Part shown: positions 27,421 to 43,014 of the stretch, one piece after another
Layout of the letters: every line of letters starts with the position of its first letter
How positions within the stretch are numbered: the stretch's first letter is position 1
Assembly (NCBI GenBank): GCA_964016885.1
Contig: OZ024747.1
Span: 4,898,001-4,962,000 of the forward strand
DNA from: Eledone cirrhosa
Lineage: Eukaryota
DNA: 64,000 nucleotides
Reading direction: 5' to 3'
The notes under the pieces: model-generated
What the model was told of the DNA's origin: nothing
Seen by the model: the letters and a program-made list of their open reading frames with translations, nothing else
Database searches by the model: none
Program-made: the position numbers and the translations under genes

Positions 27421-28840
27421 ATTGTTTTATTTTCTCAGTCTAGCGATCACTGCATGTCACATATAATCTGGGCTGATATATATGTTAGTGAGTTGTGTGT
27501 ATATAGGCATACACACATATAGTTAATTCTCGGGTCGATAAAATTTGATTTCACCGTTGTCACGTGTATTGTTTTAACCAATCAAGAAACTTTGGGCAAT
27601 TGGAGATTTTAGCCAATCAATTTTTTAACAAATAAGGATTTTTCAGTCAATGAGAAACTAGTAGACTCTGGCGGCTAGGTTAGTCTATAAAATGCATGTC
27701 AGATATATTTTCAGTCTCGTGACTCGTTCGTACTTATCTCATTTTCTCTTGGCACATTCACTTGACACAGAGTTATCTCTCTTGGCACATTCACTTGACA
27801 CAGAGTTATCTCTCGTTTCTCTTACAGCCTGCTATGGCTTCCATATTTTATTCTCATCTTCTCACTTGTTTGGCCAGTGATCAGCTTTTTTTCTTTATTT
27901 TAACCTCAATAGAATTCGCACAGTTAACTCTACTACCTAAAAGATTCCAGTCACCACCAACATCTATATACAATATTCAACGGACTTTCTCACTAAAATA
28001 TATATATTTTCATTCAGGTTAACTCTTTCATTGATGTTAAAAGATTAAGATCTAAGCTTTTCGTATCAGATCTGCCTCTCGTGTTAACAGTATTCTAATG
28101 TCAGGTGCAGTGAATGTTGTATTCTATTATTTTTACCAACAACCATTCATAGTTTGAAAACAAAGTAAAAAATATTTTAGAAATTACTTAAAACAAAAAC
28201 GTTTTAATCCCTAAAATGGCGACCAAGATCAACAAACACAATATTTTACCTTTTCAATATTTCCATCGCTTCTTTTTTTCCATCAACGTGTACCAGATAA
28301 TACTATATTTGCTGACAAATTAGGGGTATTTATTTAAAGACAACAGAGTGTAGTTTAGAGGAAGTTTGACTGTTATTACAAACCGGCCTAGAAGCCATCT
28401 AGTCAATACGTTGTTCGTGTAGTGATGATGGTATGGGATGTTAGTGGAATGGTGGGAGTATTGTTATAAGTTTCTGTTATTGTTAATTTTGCTGTTATTA
28501 TGAGTAAACAGTATTAACGCTATCTGTTATTTATTCATAGGCAATTGTACGGAGTTTTTGTTCGTTGCTTGTCGGTGATCATGTTCCTGGCGTAATCGGC
28601 GGAGTTGTAATTATTGATTATAGTAGTGGTGCTGGGTGGTAGCGGTGGTGGTGATAGTAATGGTGCTGCAGGGTGGTGTTGGTGGTGGTGGTGGTAATGG
28701 TGGTGTTGCTGGTGGTGGTAATGGTGGTGTTTGTTACTTATGTTATTGTTACATTTATTAGTTATAGAAGAGCCAGTTTAACAGGTTGAGTGGTTGTGTG
28801 CATGCATATATATATAACTATATATATATATACATGTGTC

Positions 28841-28972
<132 letters not shown>

Positions 28973-28974
28973 TA

Positions 28975-29103
<129 letters not shown>

Positions 29104-29108
29104 GTATG

Positions 29109-29186
<78 letters not shown>

Positions 29187-29229
29187 CTCTTTAACTTCGT
29201 TACCTGTTCCAGCCTGCATATAAATATAC

Positions 29230-29261
<32 letters not shown>

Positions 29262-29286
29262 TTACGTGTGCTTGTGTGTATGATTT

Positions 29287-29324
<38 letters not shown>

Positions 29325-29610
29325 TGTATATATAAATATATATATATATATGTATGTATGTATATATCCTTGTACACAAACAATATCACTCAAACGCATG
29401 ATTTTATTTTTATTAATTTTGTTACGACAAAAGCTTTCTTGTTGTTGGTTGAATGGCGGAAGATAATGAATTAATAAATGTCTTTTTTTTTATATCGTTC
29501 TTATCCTATTTATTATGGATATTATTATTAATGTTATTTATTATTGCTTTTGTGTTGTTGTCCTAATTATTATTATCATTATTGTTATTGTTATTGTTAT
29601 TATAATCATC

Positions 29611-30252
29611 AGGGCGGTGGAGTGGCAGAGTCGGTAAGGGGTCGGACAACATGCTTCACGACATAGAGTTATGACCCTTTACGTTCTGGGTTTAAATTCT
29701 GCCGATGTTAGCTTTGCCTTTCACCCTTTTAAGGTCGATAAAATAAAGTACCAGGCATGCACTGGGGTCGATGTACTCGGCTTTCCCTCTCCTTAAATTG
29801 TTGGCCTTGTACCCTATCAGAAACCATCATTATTTCTTGGGCGGTGGATTGGCAGTATCGGTAAGGGTCGGACGCCATGCTTTGAAGCATAGAGTTACCT
29901 CCCTTTATGATCTGAGTTCAAATCCCGCCGAGGTTAACTTTGCCTTTCATCCTTACGTGGTCGATAGAATAAAGTACCAGTAATGCACTGGAATAATTGC
30001 TGGCCTTGTGCCAAAAGTAGAAACAATTATTTCTTGGGCCGTTGGATATGCGGTGGATGGGGCGGTGAATTGGTAGTACCGGTAGAAGGTCGGACGCTAT
30101 GCTTTGCAGCCTAGAGCTACGGCCCTTTATAGTCTGAGTTCAATTCCTGCCGAGATCAACTTTGCCTTTCATCCTTACGGGGTCGATAAAATAAAGTACC
30201 AGTAATGCACTGGGTAATTGCTGGCCTTGTACCTAAAGTAGAAACAATTAAT
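29611..30252 (+). mobile_element. three head-to-tail tRNA-derived SINE copies
   Basis: Copies start near 29611, 29839 and 30060, each gggcggtg.a.tgg...gtcgata.aataaagtaccag. Confidence 0.9.
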
Positions 30253-30586
30253 TCTTGCGCAGTTCCATGCAAATCTCTACTGTATCAGCTGCTGCAGACC
30301 CATCTTCCTGATGTGTAGTATTGTGTGTTATGTTTGCAAAGGCGAGGGAAATATCGACTTCTTTTAGTATTCTGCATCAGTCGTGTCCCTCGTGTATTTT
30401 ACTGTCTCTTCTGTATGGTATGTCTATTTATCAGGTATTAAGCTTTAGGTTGTGTGTTCGTTTCTCGGACAGGCTGATGCGTTGTGTCATGGAGCAAGAC
30501 ACTTTAATTCACGTTGCTCCAGTTTACTCAGCTGTAGAAATGAGTTGCGACGTTGATTATTATGTCAAAACGTTTTACCTTCATTT

Positions 30587-31199
30587 AGGAGAGACGGGTG
30601 TATCCCAGATGAGACTAACTCCTCTTCCTGTCCAGGAGAGACGGATGTATCCCAGATGAGACTAACTCCTCTTCCTGTCCAGGAGAGACGGGTGTATCCC
30701 AGATGAGACTAACTCCTCTTCCTGTCCAGGAGAGACGGGTGTATCCCAGATGAGACTAACTCCTCTTCCTGTCCAGGAGAGACGGATGTATCCCAGATGA
30801 GACTAACTCCTCTTCCTGTCCAGGAGAGACGGATGTATCCCAGATGAGACTAACTCCTCTTCCTGTCCAGGAGAGACGGGTGTATCCCAGATGAGACTAA
30901 CTCCTCTTCCTGTCCAGGAGAGACGGATGTATCCCAGATGAGACTAACTCCTCTTCCTGTCCAGGAGAGACGGGTGTATCCCAGATGAGACTAACTCCTC
31001 TTCCTGTCCAGGAGAGACGGATGTATCCCAGATGAGACTAACTCCTCTTCCTGTCCAGGAGAGACGGATGTATCCCAGATGAGACTACCTCCTCTTCCTG
31101 TCCAGGAGAGACGGGTGTATCCCAGATGAGACTAACTCCTCTTCCTGTCCAGGAGAGACGGGTGTATCCCAGATGACACTAACTCCTCTTCCTGTCCAG
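30587..31199. repeat. 47-bp minisatellite, 13 copies
   Basis: Unit aggagagacgg(g/a)tgtatcccagatgagactaactcctcttcctgtcc; no unique spacers. Confidence 0.98.
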
Positions 31200-31974
31200 T
31201 GTTTGATACATATTTATACCACTTATCTGTTTTCATGTTGACATACCGTCCAGTGGATATATCATCCAACTCTATTATGTGTCAGTGTAGTATATATCCA
31301 AACTTGGCAAGCACTGGGCAGCTGGAGATGATGTGGTCAACTGATTTATTGGGATTCTTTCACAGTCTTCATTTGGGTAGTAGGGTCCAGTTTCAGTATA
31401 TTATTCTTATCATTGTTACTGGAAAGATACTGGTCTTGTGTTGCCAGAATCAATTCTTTGTTATGGCTTTTATTTCTAAGCTTTTCAGCCATTGTTGAAT
31501 TTTATTTAGGCTTACATCTTCCGCTGTTTCTAATAGAATCGAACTTACAATTTATTAGCCATAATTACACACATACATACATATAATCAACTTACATACA
31601 TATATACATATAATCAACTTACACACATACATACATATAATCAACATACATACATATATACATATACATATGTACGAACGTAAATTAACTGCATGCGGTG
31701 AATGTACCAAGATTCAATAGAGAATATGCATACACATATATAGCATATACAGATATATATATATACACTACATATATATATATGCATGTACACATTTGAA
31801 TATGTATACATACGTTTATATATCCGAGTGTGTGTATATATGTCTGTGTATATATTTATATAGGCGAATCCGTTGAAAAACCGACTTGCTGTTTCCGTTG
31901 AAGTTGAAAAACACTACTTAGGAACACGTGTGGTTATTGGTTCAATTAAACGCCACTATTTATATGTATGTATG

Positions 31975-32081
<107 letters not shown>

Positions 32082-32128
32082 GGGAAGAGATAATCCTGAC
32101 CGCATGGCTGCAGACCCCCATCTCTCTC

Positions 32129-32218
<90 letters not shown>

Positions 32219-32578
32219 GGAGGTTTCATTACATTTCCTAAGGGATACTGATTTATATTCCACCAAAAGAATTATCCCATGTTTTAATTCTAAAACACCA
32301 TTCTATTTCTATCAACTAGGAAATACATATAGATCAGAATATCAGTACAACTGTAGCCTATAGGAGAGGCAAAACTAATTATTGCTTTAGAAAACATCTT
32401 TCGTTCGCTAGCCACCATCGCTAAGATCTGTTCTGCACAGTAGGTGCACAAACATGTATATATGCACAGAGCAAAGCGTGCGTTTGGTGAGCTGCACACA
32501 ACATAATTTCACAGTCATTCACATACAGATGGCACAACCGTGTCATTCTATGAGTATATATATATATAGATACATACG

Positions 32579-32652
<74 letters not shown>

Positions 32653-32655
<3 letters not shown>

Positions 32656-33082
32656 TGGCTGCCAACTCGTTTTCGAGTACGGCCACTACTTTATATCCAT
32701 GTAGGAGAACCCCTACTGATGCGCTGAACGAGTGTGACCTTTTAGTCCAACCTGTGACATGAAAACTCCGGTACAAACACTACACTTGTGACAATTATTG
32801 ACACATAGTGCTGGGCCCATGGTATCATGTGACGACAAGTGCAGAGAGATCTCCAGATATAAAGCAATGCCTGTGCCGTGAAGCTTTTATAGTGAGCAAA
32901 AGCACTGCACAAAGCCAGTCCCACTCTCTTAACCAAGATGATATTTACCAAAAAGAAGAACAAATCAACATCATTGGATACCATCAGGGTTGCAGGTGTT
33001 ATATCAGAGTTTTCCTTCTCCTAGAATTCTGCCTTGACAAAGGCTAAGGGGTCATCTCTCCCGGAGATGACCCCTTAGCCTT

Positions 33083-33085
<3 letters not shown>
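32653..33085. mobile_element. family A element, truncated copy 3 ending in a 22-bp fold-back
   Basis: Matches 301-712, then acaaaggctaaggggtcatctc / gagatgaccccttagcctttgt; flanked by (TA)n. Confidence 0.8.
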
Positions 33086-33151
<66 letters not shown>

Positions 33152-33226
33152 TTTTCAGTACGTCCTCATCAGACAAAATATATGATTTGATATATGACAT
33201 ATAGCGGTATGTCATATATCAAATCA

Positions 33227-33296
33227 TATATTTCCTCTGATGAGGACGTACTGAAAAAACAACACAGTACCTTTGAAATATATATAATAAAGTATA
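33227..33296 (+). ncRNA. type I hammerhead ribozyme (stem I partly mutated)
   Basis: tatatttcct-CTGATGA-ggac gtactg..cagtac cttt-GAAA-tatata-TA-ataaagtata. The inverted arm keeps the better-pairing tatattttgt-CTGATGA. Confidence 0.7.
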
Positions 33297-33557
33297 TATT
33301 TTGATTGTGCGAATATTTTTCATTTGTTAACATTTTGAATAATATATATATATATATATATATTCAGGTTTGAGGTTCACCACTGTATAGAGCTGGTCTA
33401 TTCCGTATGGTCAATCGTAATGCAACAATATAGAGAGTACTCAACGTAAAGCAGTTCAACCGTCTTTGTTTTTGTAGTTGGTGGTGCTATTACGGAGTTA
33501 AATATTATAATGAAATGACAGGAGGCTGGATTTGTGTAAATCCTTGAAAGGTTTATT

Positions 33558-33615
33558 ATACTATGATCATTTCAATGACCGGGTTCCGTATGAATCCGGT
33601 GATATCATCAGGTAT
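33558..33615 (-). ncRNA. minimal type I hammerhead ribozyme (family of 24670-24727)
   Basis: Minus: atac-CTGATGA-tatc accggattc..gaacccggt catt-GAAA-tgatca-TA-gtat. Confidence 0.85.
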
Positions 33616-33763
33616 TCGAAATATAATACGTGAATGTAATAGGTAAAATCCATGCGGCTGAAAATCGAGACCCGAGGGCGACCGCTATTCTGTTCCTCAA
33701 CCTCAGCCGGTCGCCCTGGATTTTTTCAAGGATTTACACAAATCCAGCCTCCTGTCATTTCAT

Positions 33764-33833
<70 letters not shown>

Positions 33834-33877
33834 AAACATATATATATATATATGTATGTACAGACGCACATATGCTT

Positions 33878-33921
<44 letters not shown>

Positions 33922-33938
33922 ACATATCTATCTATATT

Positions 33939-33999
<61 letters not shown>

Positions 34000-34220
34000 A
34001 TATATATTTACATATATATATATATACATATATATATTTACACATATATATATATATGTATATATATGTGTGTGTGTATATATAAATATATATATGTATA
34101 TATATATATATGTGTAAATATAGATAGATATGTACACATACATATATATATATATGTATGTATAAGTATATGTGCGTCTGTACACACACATATATATATA
34201 TATATATATCGTCTGTACAC

Positions 34221-34260
<40 letters not shown>

Positions 34261-34725
34261 TCTGTACATATATATATATATATATATATATACATTTGTG
34301 CGTGTGTGTGTGTGATGGTGTGCATATGTGTCTGTGTGTTGTGTAAGAAATATCTATTTGTCCAATGAAGTTATCAAGCTAAGAAATATTCCCTCTGGCC
34401 TATATCTGAGTGATTGTGAAATTTAATTATTTTTCCATCGAATATTAAAAAGTTATTTTACAACCGCGCATGCTCACTCGGATTGATATACACAGTGACG
34501 ACGAATATATACATACATGCACACACACACACATATATATATATTCATGTATGTATAATATATATATATATATATATACATATATATGTGTATGTGTGTA
34601 TGTGTGTGTGTGTGTGTGTGTACATATATATATATATATATAATATATATATATAATATATATGGCTGTGCTTTCAATGATTGACAGTCGCATAACGATA
34701 AAGGAAAGAATATAGAAGCCTGCAT

Positions 34726-35418
34726 ACACAGACCCACCAACACAGACCCACCAACACAGACCCACCAACACAGACCCACCAACACAGACCCACCAACACA
34801 GATCCACTAACACAGACCCACCAACACAGACCCACCAACACAGACCCACCAACACAGACCCACCAACACAGACCCACCAACACAGACCCACCAACACAGA
34901 CCCACCAACACAGACCCACTAACACAGATCCACTAACACAGACCCACCAACACAGATCCACCAACACAGACCCACCAACACAGACCCACCAACACAGACC
35001 CACCAACACAGACCCACTAACACAGATCCACTAACACAGACCCACCAACACAGACCCACCAACACAGACCCACTAACACAGATCCACTAACACAGACCCA
35101 CCAACACAGACCCACCAACACAGACCCACCAACACAGACCCACCAACACAGACCCACCAACACAGACCCACTAACACAGACCCACTAACACAGACCCACT
35201 AACACAGATCCACCAACACAGACCCACCAACACAGACCCACCAACACAGACCCACCAACACAGACCCACCAACACAGACCCACCAACACAGACCCACTAA
35301 CACAGATCCACCAACACAGACCCACCAACACAGACCCACCAACACAGACCCACCAACACAGACCCACCAACACAGACCCACCAACACAGACCCACAAACA
35401 CAGACCCACTAACACAGA
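34726..35418. repeat. 14-bp minisatellite, about 49 copies
   Basis: Unit acacaga(c/t)ccac(c/t)a. Confidence 0.98.
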
Positions 35419-36524
35419 CATATATATATGAGAGTGGATGACTTTGTGTGTGTTTTAAGTACGTGTCTGTATGTCTATATCCTCCAAGTTCAAGGCCACA
35501 TTCTGCACCTCAGTAGCTGAAATTTTCCATCGAGGTACATCTTTTTCGTATAAAGATCATAGACGACCTGACATTTTTTGTCAATATTCTATATCCGTAA
35601 GTATTGAAATGATTCTCGGAAATATATAATTTATTCTGAGTAATTATGTAAATCGTGGAATTTGGAAAATAAAATAAAAGGTGGGTGTATCCGAGGATAT
35701 GCAACAGGAAAATTTTATTTTAGTTTCAATATTTAATTATTAATTTTTTGCACAATTTCTTGATGTTAAACTTGAATTATTTCATACAAAACTTATAATA
35801 CATAGAATCGAATCGATCGACAAGATCCCAGACCTCACACGATTACCGCGTGGGGTGGGAACTCGTCAAATCTCAAATCAGACCAAGGAACCATTAGCCT
35901 TTCATTTGTTTAATTAAGCCACGTGACTTTACATATAATATTTACAGAAAGTAAAAAATCCCAAATCATATAAAACGAGTAAACCTTATTTTCCACCCCA
36001 CCTGTAACTCACGAGTTTATGACGCCAGAGCAACCACATACTATATAAGAAAGGACAGGACGTGGACTGATTCACAAAATATGTATTAGAAATGTTTGAA
36101 TAGCTTCATTTGAACGTAACTATTAGCACAGTGTTCACGAAATTCTAAATTTAAACACAGGCAAAAATCATCATTATAGAATGTCAAATTGCAACACACT
36201 ATATATATACACAATAACTGCCCATCATGCTCTAGCCGTAGCTGTGACCCTTGCAGTTCTTGTCACCCTGGCTTTCCTAAGTTTAGATATATATTTTAAC
36301 AAGTTCACTTCTGTTATAACGATGCTCTAGCTAGAAGAGGCTTCACTGTGAAACTAGTATACTTAGAAACGCCTCCATACACACACACGCTCGCACACCC
36401 ACACGCACGTAGACTCACATAGACACTTACGTACACACGCACCTGTACACACACGCTCACATACAAACACACACACACATATATACATATATAAATACGT
36501 ATATATATATATATATACATATAT

Positions 36525-36709
36525 AACAAAGGAAATGTGGTAAGGAACCAGATGGACCATAACGCACCAGAGTACTCAATACTTAGGGTAGTAGAGTGGG
36601 AATAGGAAAAATTATGACCCCGACGGCAGAGCTCAAGCCGTTTCGACGGCTATTTCTCAGAAATAGCCGTCGAAACGGCTTGAGCTCTGCCGTCGGGGTC
36701 ATACTTTTT

Positions 36710-36714
<5 letters not shown>
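36525..36714 (-). mobile_element. second copy of the half-hammerhead fold-back element
   Basis: Reverse complement of 25283-25477 with a different palindrome centre (ttctcagaa). Confidence 0.75.
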
Positions 36715-36758
<44 letters not shown>

Positions 36759-37693
36759 ATATATATCTATATCTATACATATATACACACACACACACAC
36801 ATATATATATATAGGTATATATAGGCTTAAAAATAAGAATAATAAGAAGAAGAAAGTAAGAAAGGGGGGGGGGGAGTTCCTCAACAGTTGTCTACTGGGG
36901 GTGTCGGATATTTCTATATGCACTAAAATGTATGTACATCTTATGTAGAGTTAAATGTGGAAAGATGGATACAGAGTGGAGGTAGAGTTTCGTGGTAATT
37001 GATATAGAGAGTGTGTTGTATATTAGATATAGAGAAGGGGAGACTAGATATAGAGAGGGTGAGACTAGATATAGAGAGGACAGACTCTCTGGAAGAAAGT
37101 TAATACTCATTCTATTAGAAGAAGGCTATCAGTTTATCAGTTTCTCTATTCTGTTATTCTAATATTCTGCTAGACTCAGTAAAGTCGAATGACTGCAATT
37201 AATATTCCACACGAATCTCTGCAAATCAAGTCTTGTGTGTTGTGTGTGAGAGGGTGGGGAGTATATCAAAAGAAAAAGAAAAAAGAAACCTGGAGATGAG
37301 AGGGTGTAATAAAGTTGGAAGAAGTCAACAGAAAACTGTTGATAGTTTGTTGAATATTTCCATCATGTAGTGACAAACACGCAGTGTTGATCGTCTCCAC
37401 GTGATTTGCTTCTCAACTCTGATAGTCCATTAATTGCCTATGAGACCATGAAAGACATTTTTCCATAGAATTATTCCTTAATCCTTCCTCTTTATTCGCT
37501 TAGTCTTCTATGCAAGCTGTCAGACCTATAAGCAGGCAGACATGGCCGGCCGGTTAATATCTTTACCGCAGCAACCGTGTAATACTCGGTTCGATACCTC
37601 TTATGTGGTATCTCTTTCTAGGTATGAGAGAATGTGTTTATATACATAAATATAAAGACATATAATGAATTGTATTAGATCTTATAATTAAGG

Positions 37694-38105
37694 GTACCCA
37701 GTACATTACTGGTACTTTATTTTATCGACCTCGTAAAGATGAAAGGCAAAGTTAACCTCGACGGGATTTGAACTCAGACCGTAAAGGGACGCAACTCTGC
37801 TAGAAAGCATATCGTCCAACCCTCTTCCGATACTGCCAATTCACCGCCCTCTGGGTAATTGCTGGCCTTGTGCCAAAAGTAGAAACAATTATTAAAGATA
37901 CCAAGGTGGTGGATTGGCAGTATCGGTAGAGTGTCGGACACCATGATTTGCAGTGTAGAGTTACGGTCCTTTACGGTTTGAGTTAAAATCCCGCTGATGT
38001 TAACTTTGCCTTTCATCCTTACGAGGTCGATAAAATAAAGTACTAGTAACCTACTGGGGTCGATTTAATCGACATTCCCCTCCTTGTGCCTATAGTAGAA
38101 ATCAT
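37694..38105. mobile_element. SINE cluster: minus copy 37694-37850, tail fragment, plus copy 37905-38105
   Basis: Family consensus on both strands. Confidence 0.85.
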
Positions 38106-38587
38106 TATGAAAGATACCTCGTCTCGACGAAGCCCAAAAATATTTAAGGAACCCACATTGTGAGGCACTAGGCTAAAAAACACCAGCAGCTGCTGTAGCA
38201 GGGGCAACAACAAGAGCAATTTTGTCAACTTAAAAGTGAAATCAAACTATATCTAAAATGCACAAGGCCTACTTTCAGTGAAAAACTGTTCACTATGATT
38301 GGGATATGCCAGGAACTTAGTTATTGAGCTATATCCAAGTCATCGTTGTCTCCCCTTTTTTAATAAACTAGGGGATTAGTTGGATTTTTTCTCCTCGTAT
38401 AATTATTTATGCAATTTTATGATTTTTGGAGGTAATTTTTAGGTCTTTTTTTTTTTTTTGCATCATTTCAAGGTTTAATGAATTTAAATATCGATTTCTG
38501 TTCAGCTAATGATTCCTCGTCTTCATTTTCTTGTCCTTGTCAGCAACACAGTAATTTTAGCACACTCTGTCTCATTGCCTCTCCCAC

Positions 38588-38667
<80 letters not shown>

Positions 38668-39069
38668 GCTCACTCTCTCTCTCACGCTCACTCTCTAATG
38701 GCCCATGCAGCAATCATACTTATAAATGGTTAACAGAATTTTGGATGCGTTCCAACCGAATTCTGGCAGGTTTCACACATTTATTAGAAACATATATTGT
38801 TCAAACTGCCTGTTCGACCAAACTTCGGTTTATTGACTTGACTTTTATGGACCAACCCTGCCACCCTTACACTCACACTTCTCGTGTCTTCTCATCCTCT
38901 ATCTCTCTCTCTATCTCACTCTCATTCTCTCTCACTCTCTCTCTCACCCTCTCTCTCTCACCCTCTCTTTCTCACCCTTTCTCTCTCACTCACCCTCCCT
39001 CTCTCTCACTCTCTCTCTCACCCTCTCTCTCTTCCTTTCTTATTCACCCTTTCCTCTTCCATCGTTCTT

Positions 39070-39163
<94 letters not shown>

Positions 39164-39895
39164 TTCTCGCTCTCTACAAAACCATCACCTCATCCTCTTT
39201 TTCCTACTTTCTCTCCTCCTTCTACTCTTCATACTCAGAAACACATTCGAGCCCCCACCTCAGCCCCCACCCTTACATATTACTTCTGTTCACCCTCCTC
39301 AGCGTCACACCGCTCCCCGCCCTTGTCATGTTCTACTGCTATTGTCTACTAACCCCACTCCCAACAAATTCTACTCACCTCCACCTCCACCTCCACAACT
39401 ATCACCACCACCACCACCGTCGTCAGCCTCATAACCACTACCACCACTATCACAATCACAACCATTGAGAAAATCACCTTCATCACCACCACCATTGTCA
39501 CCACCACCGTCACCTTCACCATCGTCCCCACCACCACCACCACCACCACCACCACCACCACCACCGTCACCTTCACCATAGTCCCCACCACCACCACCAC
39601 CACCACCACCACCACCACCACCACCGTCACCTTCACCATCGTCCCCACCACCACCACCACCACCACCACCACCACCACCACCACCACCACCACCGTCACC
39701 TTCACCATAGTCCCCACCACCACCACCACCACCACCACCACCACCACCACCACCGTCACCTTCACCATCGTCCCCACCAGCACCACCATTAACATCCCCA
39801 CCCCCACCACTACCACAAATATTATCATATACGTCATTACTGTCATTCTCACCATATCTACCATCACTTTCAACCTCATCATCATCATCATTATG

Positions 39896-42525
39896 ACCAT
39901 CATCAGTAACACCAACATCAGTAACACCATCATCAGTAACACCATCATCAGTAACACCAACATCAGTAACACCATCATCAGTAACACCATCATCAGTAAC
40001 ACCATCATCAGTAACACCAACATCAGTAACACCAACATCAGTAACACCATCATCAGTAACACCATCATCAGTAACGCCATCATCAGTAACACCAACATCA
40101 GTAACACCATCATCAGTAACGCCATCATCAGTAACACCATCATCAGTAACACCATCATCAGTAACACCAACATCAGTAACACCATCATCAGTAACACCAT
40201 CATCAGTAACGCCATCATCAGTAACACCATCATCAGTAACACCATCATCAGTAACACCATCATCAGTAACACCATCATCAGTAACACCAACATCAGTAAC
40301 ACCAACATCAGTAACACTATCAACAGTAACACCAACATCATTAACACTACCAACAGTAACACCATCATCATTAACACTACCAACAGTAACACCATCATCA
40401 GTAACACCATCATCAGTAACACCATCATCAGTAACACCAACATCAGTAACACCATCATCAGTAACACCATCATCAGTAACACCATCATCAGTAACACCAT
40501 CATCAGTAACACCAACATCAGTAACACCATCATCAGTAACACCATCATCAGTAACGCCATCATCAGTAACACCATCATCAGTAACACCATCATCAGTAAC
40601 ACCATCATCAGTAACACCAACATCAGTAACACCATCATCAGTAACACCATCATCAGTAACACCATCATCAGTAACACCATCATCAGTAACACCAACATCA
40701 GTAACACCATCATCAGTAACACCATCATCAGTAACACCATCATCAGTAACACCAACATCAGTAACACCAACATCAGTAACACCATCATCAGTAACACCAT
40801 CATCAGTAACGCCATCATCAGTAACACCATCATCAGTAACACCATCATCAGTAACGCCATCATCAGTAACACCATCATCAGTAACACCATCATCAGTAAC
40901 ACCAACATCAGTAACACCATCATCAGTAACACCATCATCAGTAACGCCATCATCAGTAACACCATCATCAGTAACACCATCATCAGTAACACCATCATCA
41001 GTAACACCATCATCAGTAACACCAACATCAGTAACACCAACATCAGTAACACTATCAACAGTAACACCAACATCATTAACACTACCAACAGTAACACCAT
41101 CATCATTAACACTACCAACAGTAACACCATCATCAGTAACACCATCATCAGTAACACCATCATCAGTAACACCAACATCAGTAACACCATCATCAGTAAC
41201 ACCATCATCAGTAACACCATCATCAGTATCACCATCATCAGTAACACCAACATCAGTAACACCATCATCAGTAACACCATCATCAGTAACGCCATCATCA
41301 GTAACACCATCATCAGTAACACCATCATCAGTAACACCATCATCAGTAACACCATCATCAGTAACACCAACATCAGTAACACCAACATCAGTAACACCAT
41401 CAACAGTAACACCAACATCATTAACACTACCAACAGTAACACCATCATCAGTAACACCATCATCAGTAACACCATCATCAGTAACACCATCATCAGTAAC
41501 ACCATCATCAGTAACACCAACATCAGTAACACCATCATCAGTAACACCATCATCAGTAACACCAACATCAGTAACACCATCATCAGTAACACCATCATCA
41601 GTAACACCATCATCAGTAACACCATCATCAGTAACACCAACATCAGTAACACCATCATCAGTAACACCAACATCAGTAACACCATCATCAGTAACACCAA
41701 CATCAGTAACACCAACATCAGTAACACCATCATCAGTAACACCATCATCATTAACACCAACATCAGTAACACCATCATCAGTAACACCATCATCAGTAAC
41801 ACCATCATCAGTAACACCATCATCAGTAACACCATCATCAGTAACACCATCATCAGTAACACCAACATCAGTAACACCATCATCAGTAACACCAACATCA
41901 GTAACAGCAACATCAGTAACACCATCATCAGTAACACCATCATCATTAACACTACCAACAGTAACACCATCATCAGTAACACCATCATCAGTAACACCAT
42001 CATCAGTAACACCAACATCAGTAACACCATCATCAGTAACACCATCATCAGTAACACCATCATCAGTAACACCATCATCAGTAACACCATCATCAGTAAC
42101 ACCATCAACAGTATCACATCATCAGTAACACCATCATCAGTAACACCATCATCAGTAACACCATCATCAGTAACACCAACATCAGTAACACCATCATCAG
42201 TAACACCATCATCAGTAACACCAACATCAGTAACACCATCATCAGTAACACCAACATCAGTAACACCATCATCAGTAACACCATCATCAGTAACGCCATC
42301 AGTAACACCATCATCAGTAACACCATCATCAGTAACACCATCATCAGTAACACCAACATCAGTAACACCATCATCAGTAACACCATCATCATTAACACCA
42401 TTATCAGTAACACCATCATCAGTAACACCATCATCAGTAACACCATCAACAGTAACACCATCATCAGTAACACCATCATCAGTAACACCATCATCATTAT
42501 CACCATCATTAGCATCAGTAACACC
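39896..42525. repeat. 15-bp minisatellite, about 175 copies, with higher-order blocks
   Basis: Unit catcagtaacacca(t/a); variant block cattaacactaccaacagt recurs. Confidence 0.99.
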
Positions 42526-42711
42526 GCCACCATCCCCATCGTCACCACCACCATTGCTACTACAATCAACACAAACATCAACATCATCACCAGCTCCATT
42601 ATAACACCACCACCATCAGATTGTCCCTTTAGAAATAATAGTCAGACCTTATTCAAATCATTCTCTACCACTTTAAATAGAGAAGGACGCATTGGTCAAT
42701 ATAGACTTAGC

Positions 42712-42915
42712 TAAGCAACAGAAGAGTCTGGAATGTACTTGGTATTATATCTTGGTATTATACCAGGCTTGACCAATGGCTAAACAACAGAAGAGTCTGG
42801 AATGTACTTGGTATTATATCTTGGTATTATACCAGGCTTGACCAATGGCTAAACAACAGAAGAGTCTGGAATGTACTTGGTATTATACCAGGCTTGACCA
42901 ATGGCTAAACAACAA
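42712..42915. repeat. ~70-bp tandem triplication
   Basis: aacagaagagtctggaatgtacttggtattata..ccaggcttgaccaatggctaaac x3. Confidence 0.9.
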
Positions 42916-43014
42916 GATCAATATTCCCTACCATACATATTAACATAGATCACCCCTAATGTCGTTAGAACCCTAATGTCGTTAGAACCCAAGATAGAAT
43001 ACATTATAATGATG

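Noticed and set aside
30587-31199. CRISPR-like appearance of the 47-, 40- and 37-bp arrays
   Set aside because: No unique spacers, no cas genes, eukaryotic context.
39349-42604. 903-aa and 922-aa ORFs as genes
   Set aside because: Open only because the 15-bp unit lacks stops in those frames.
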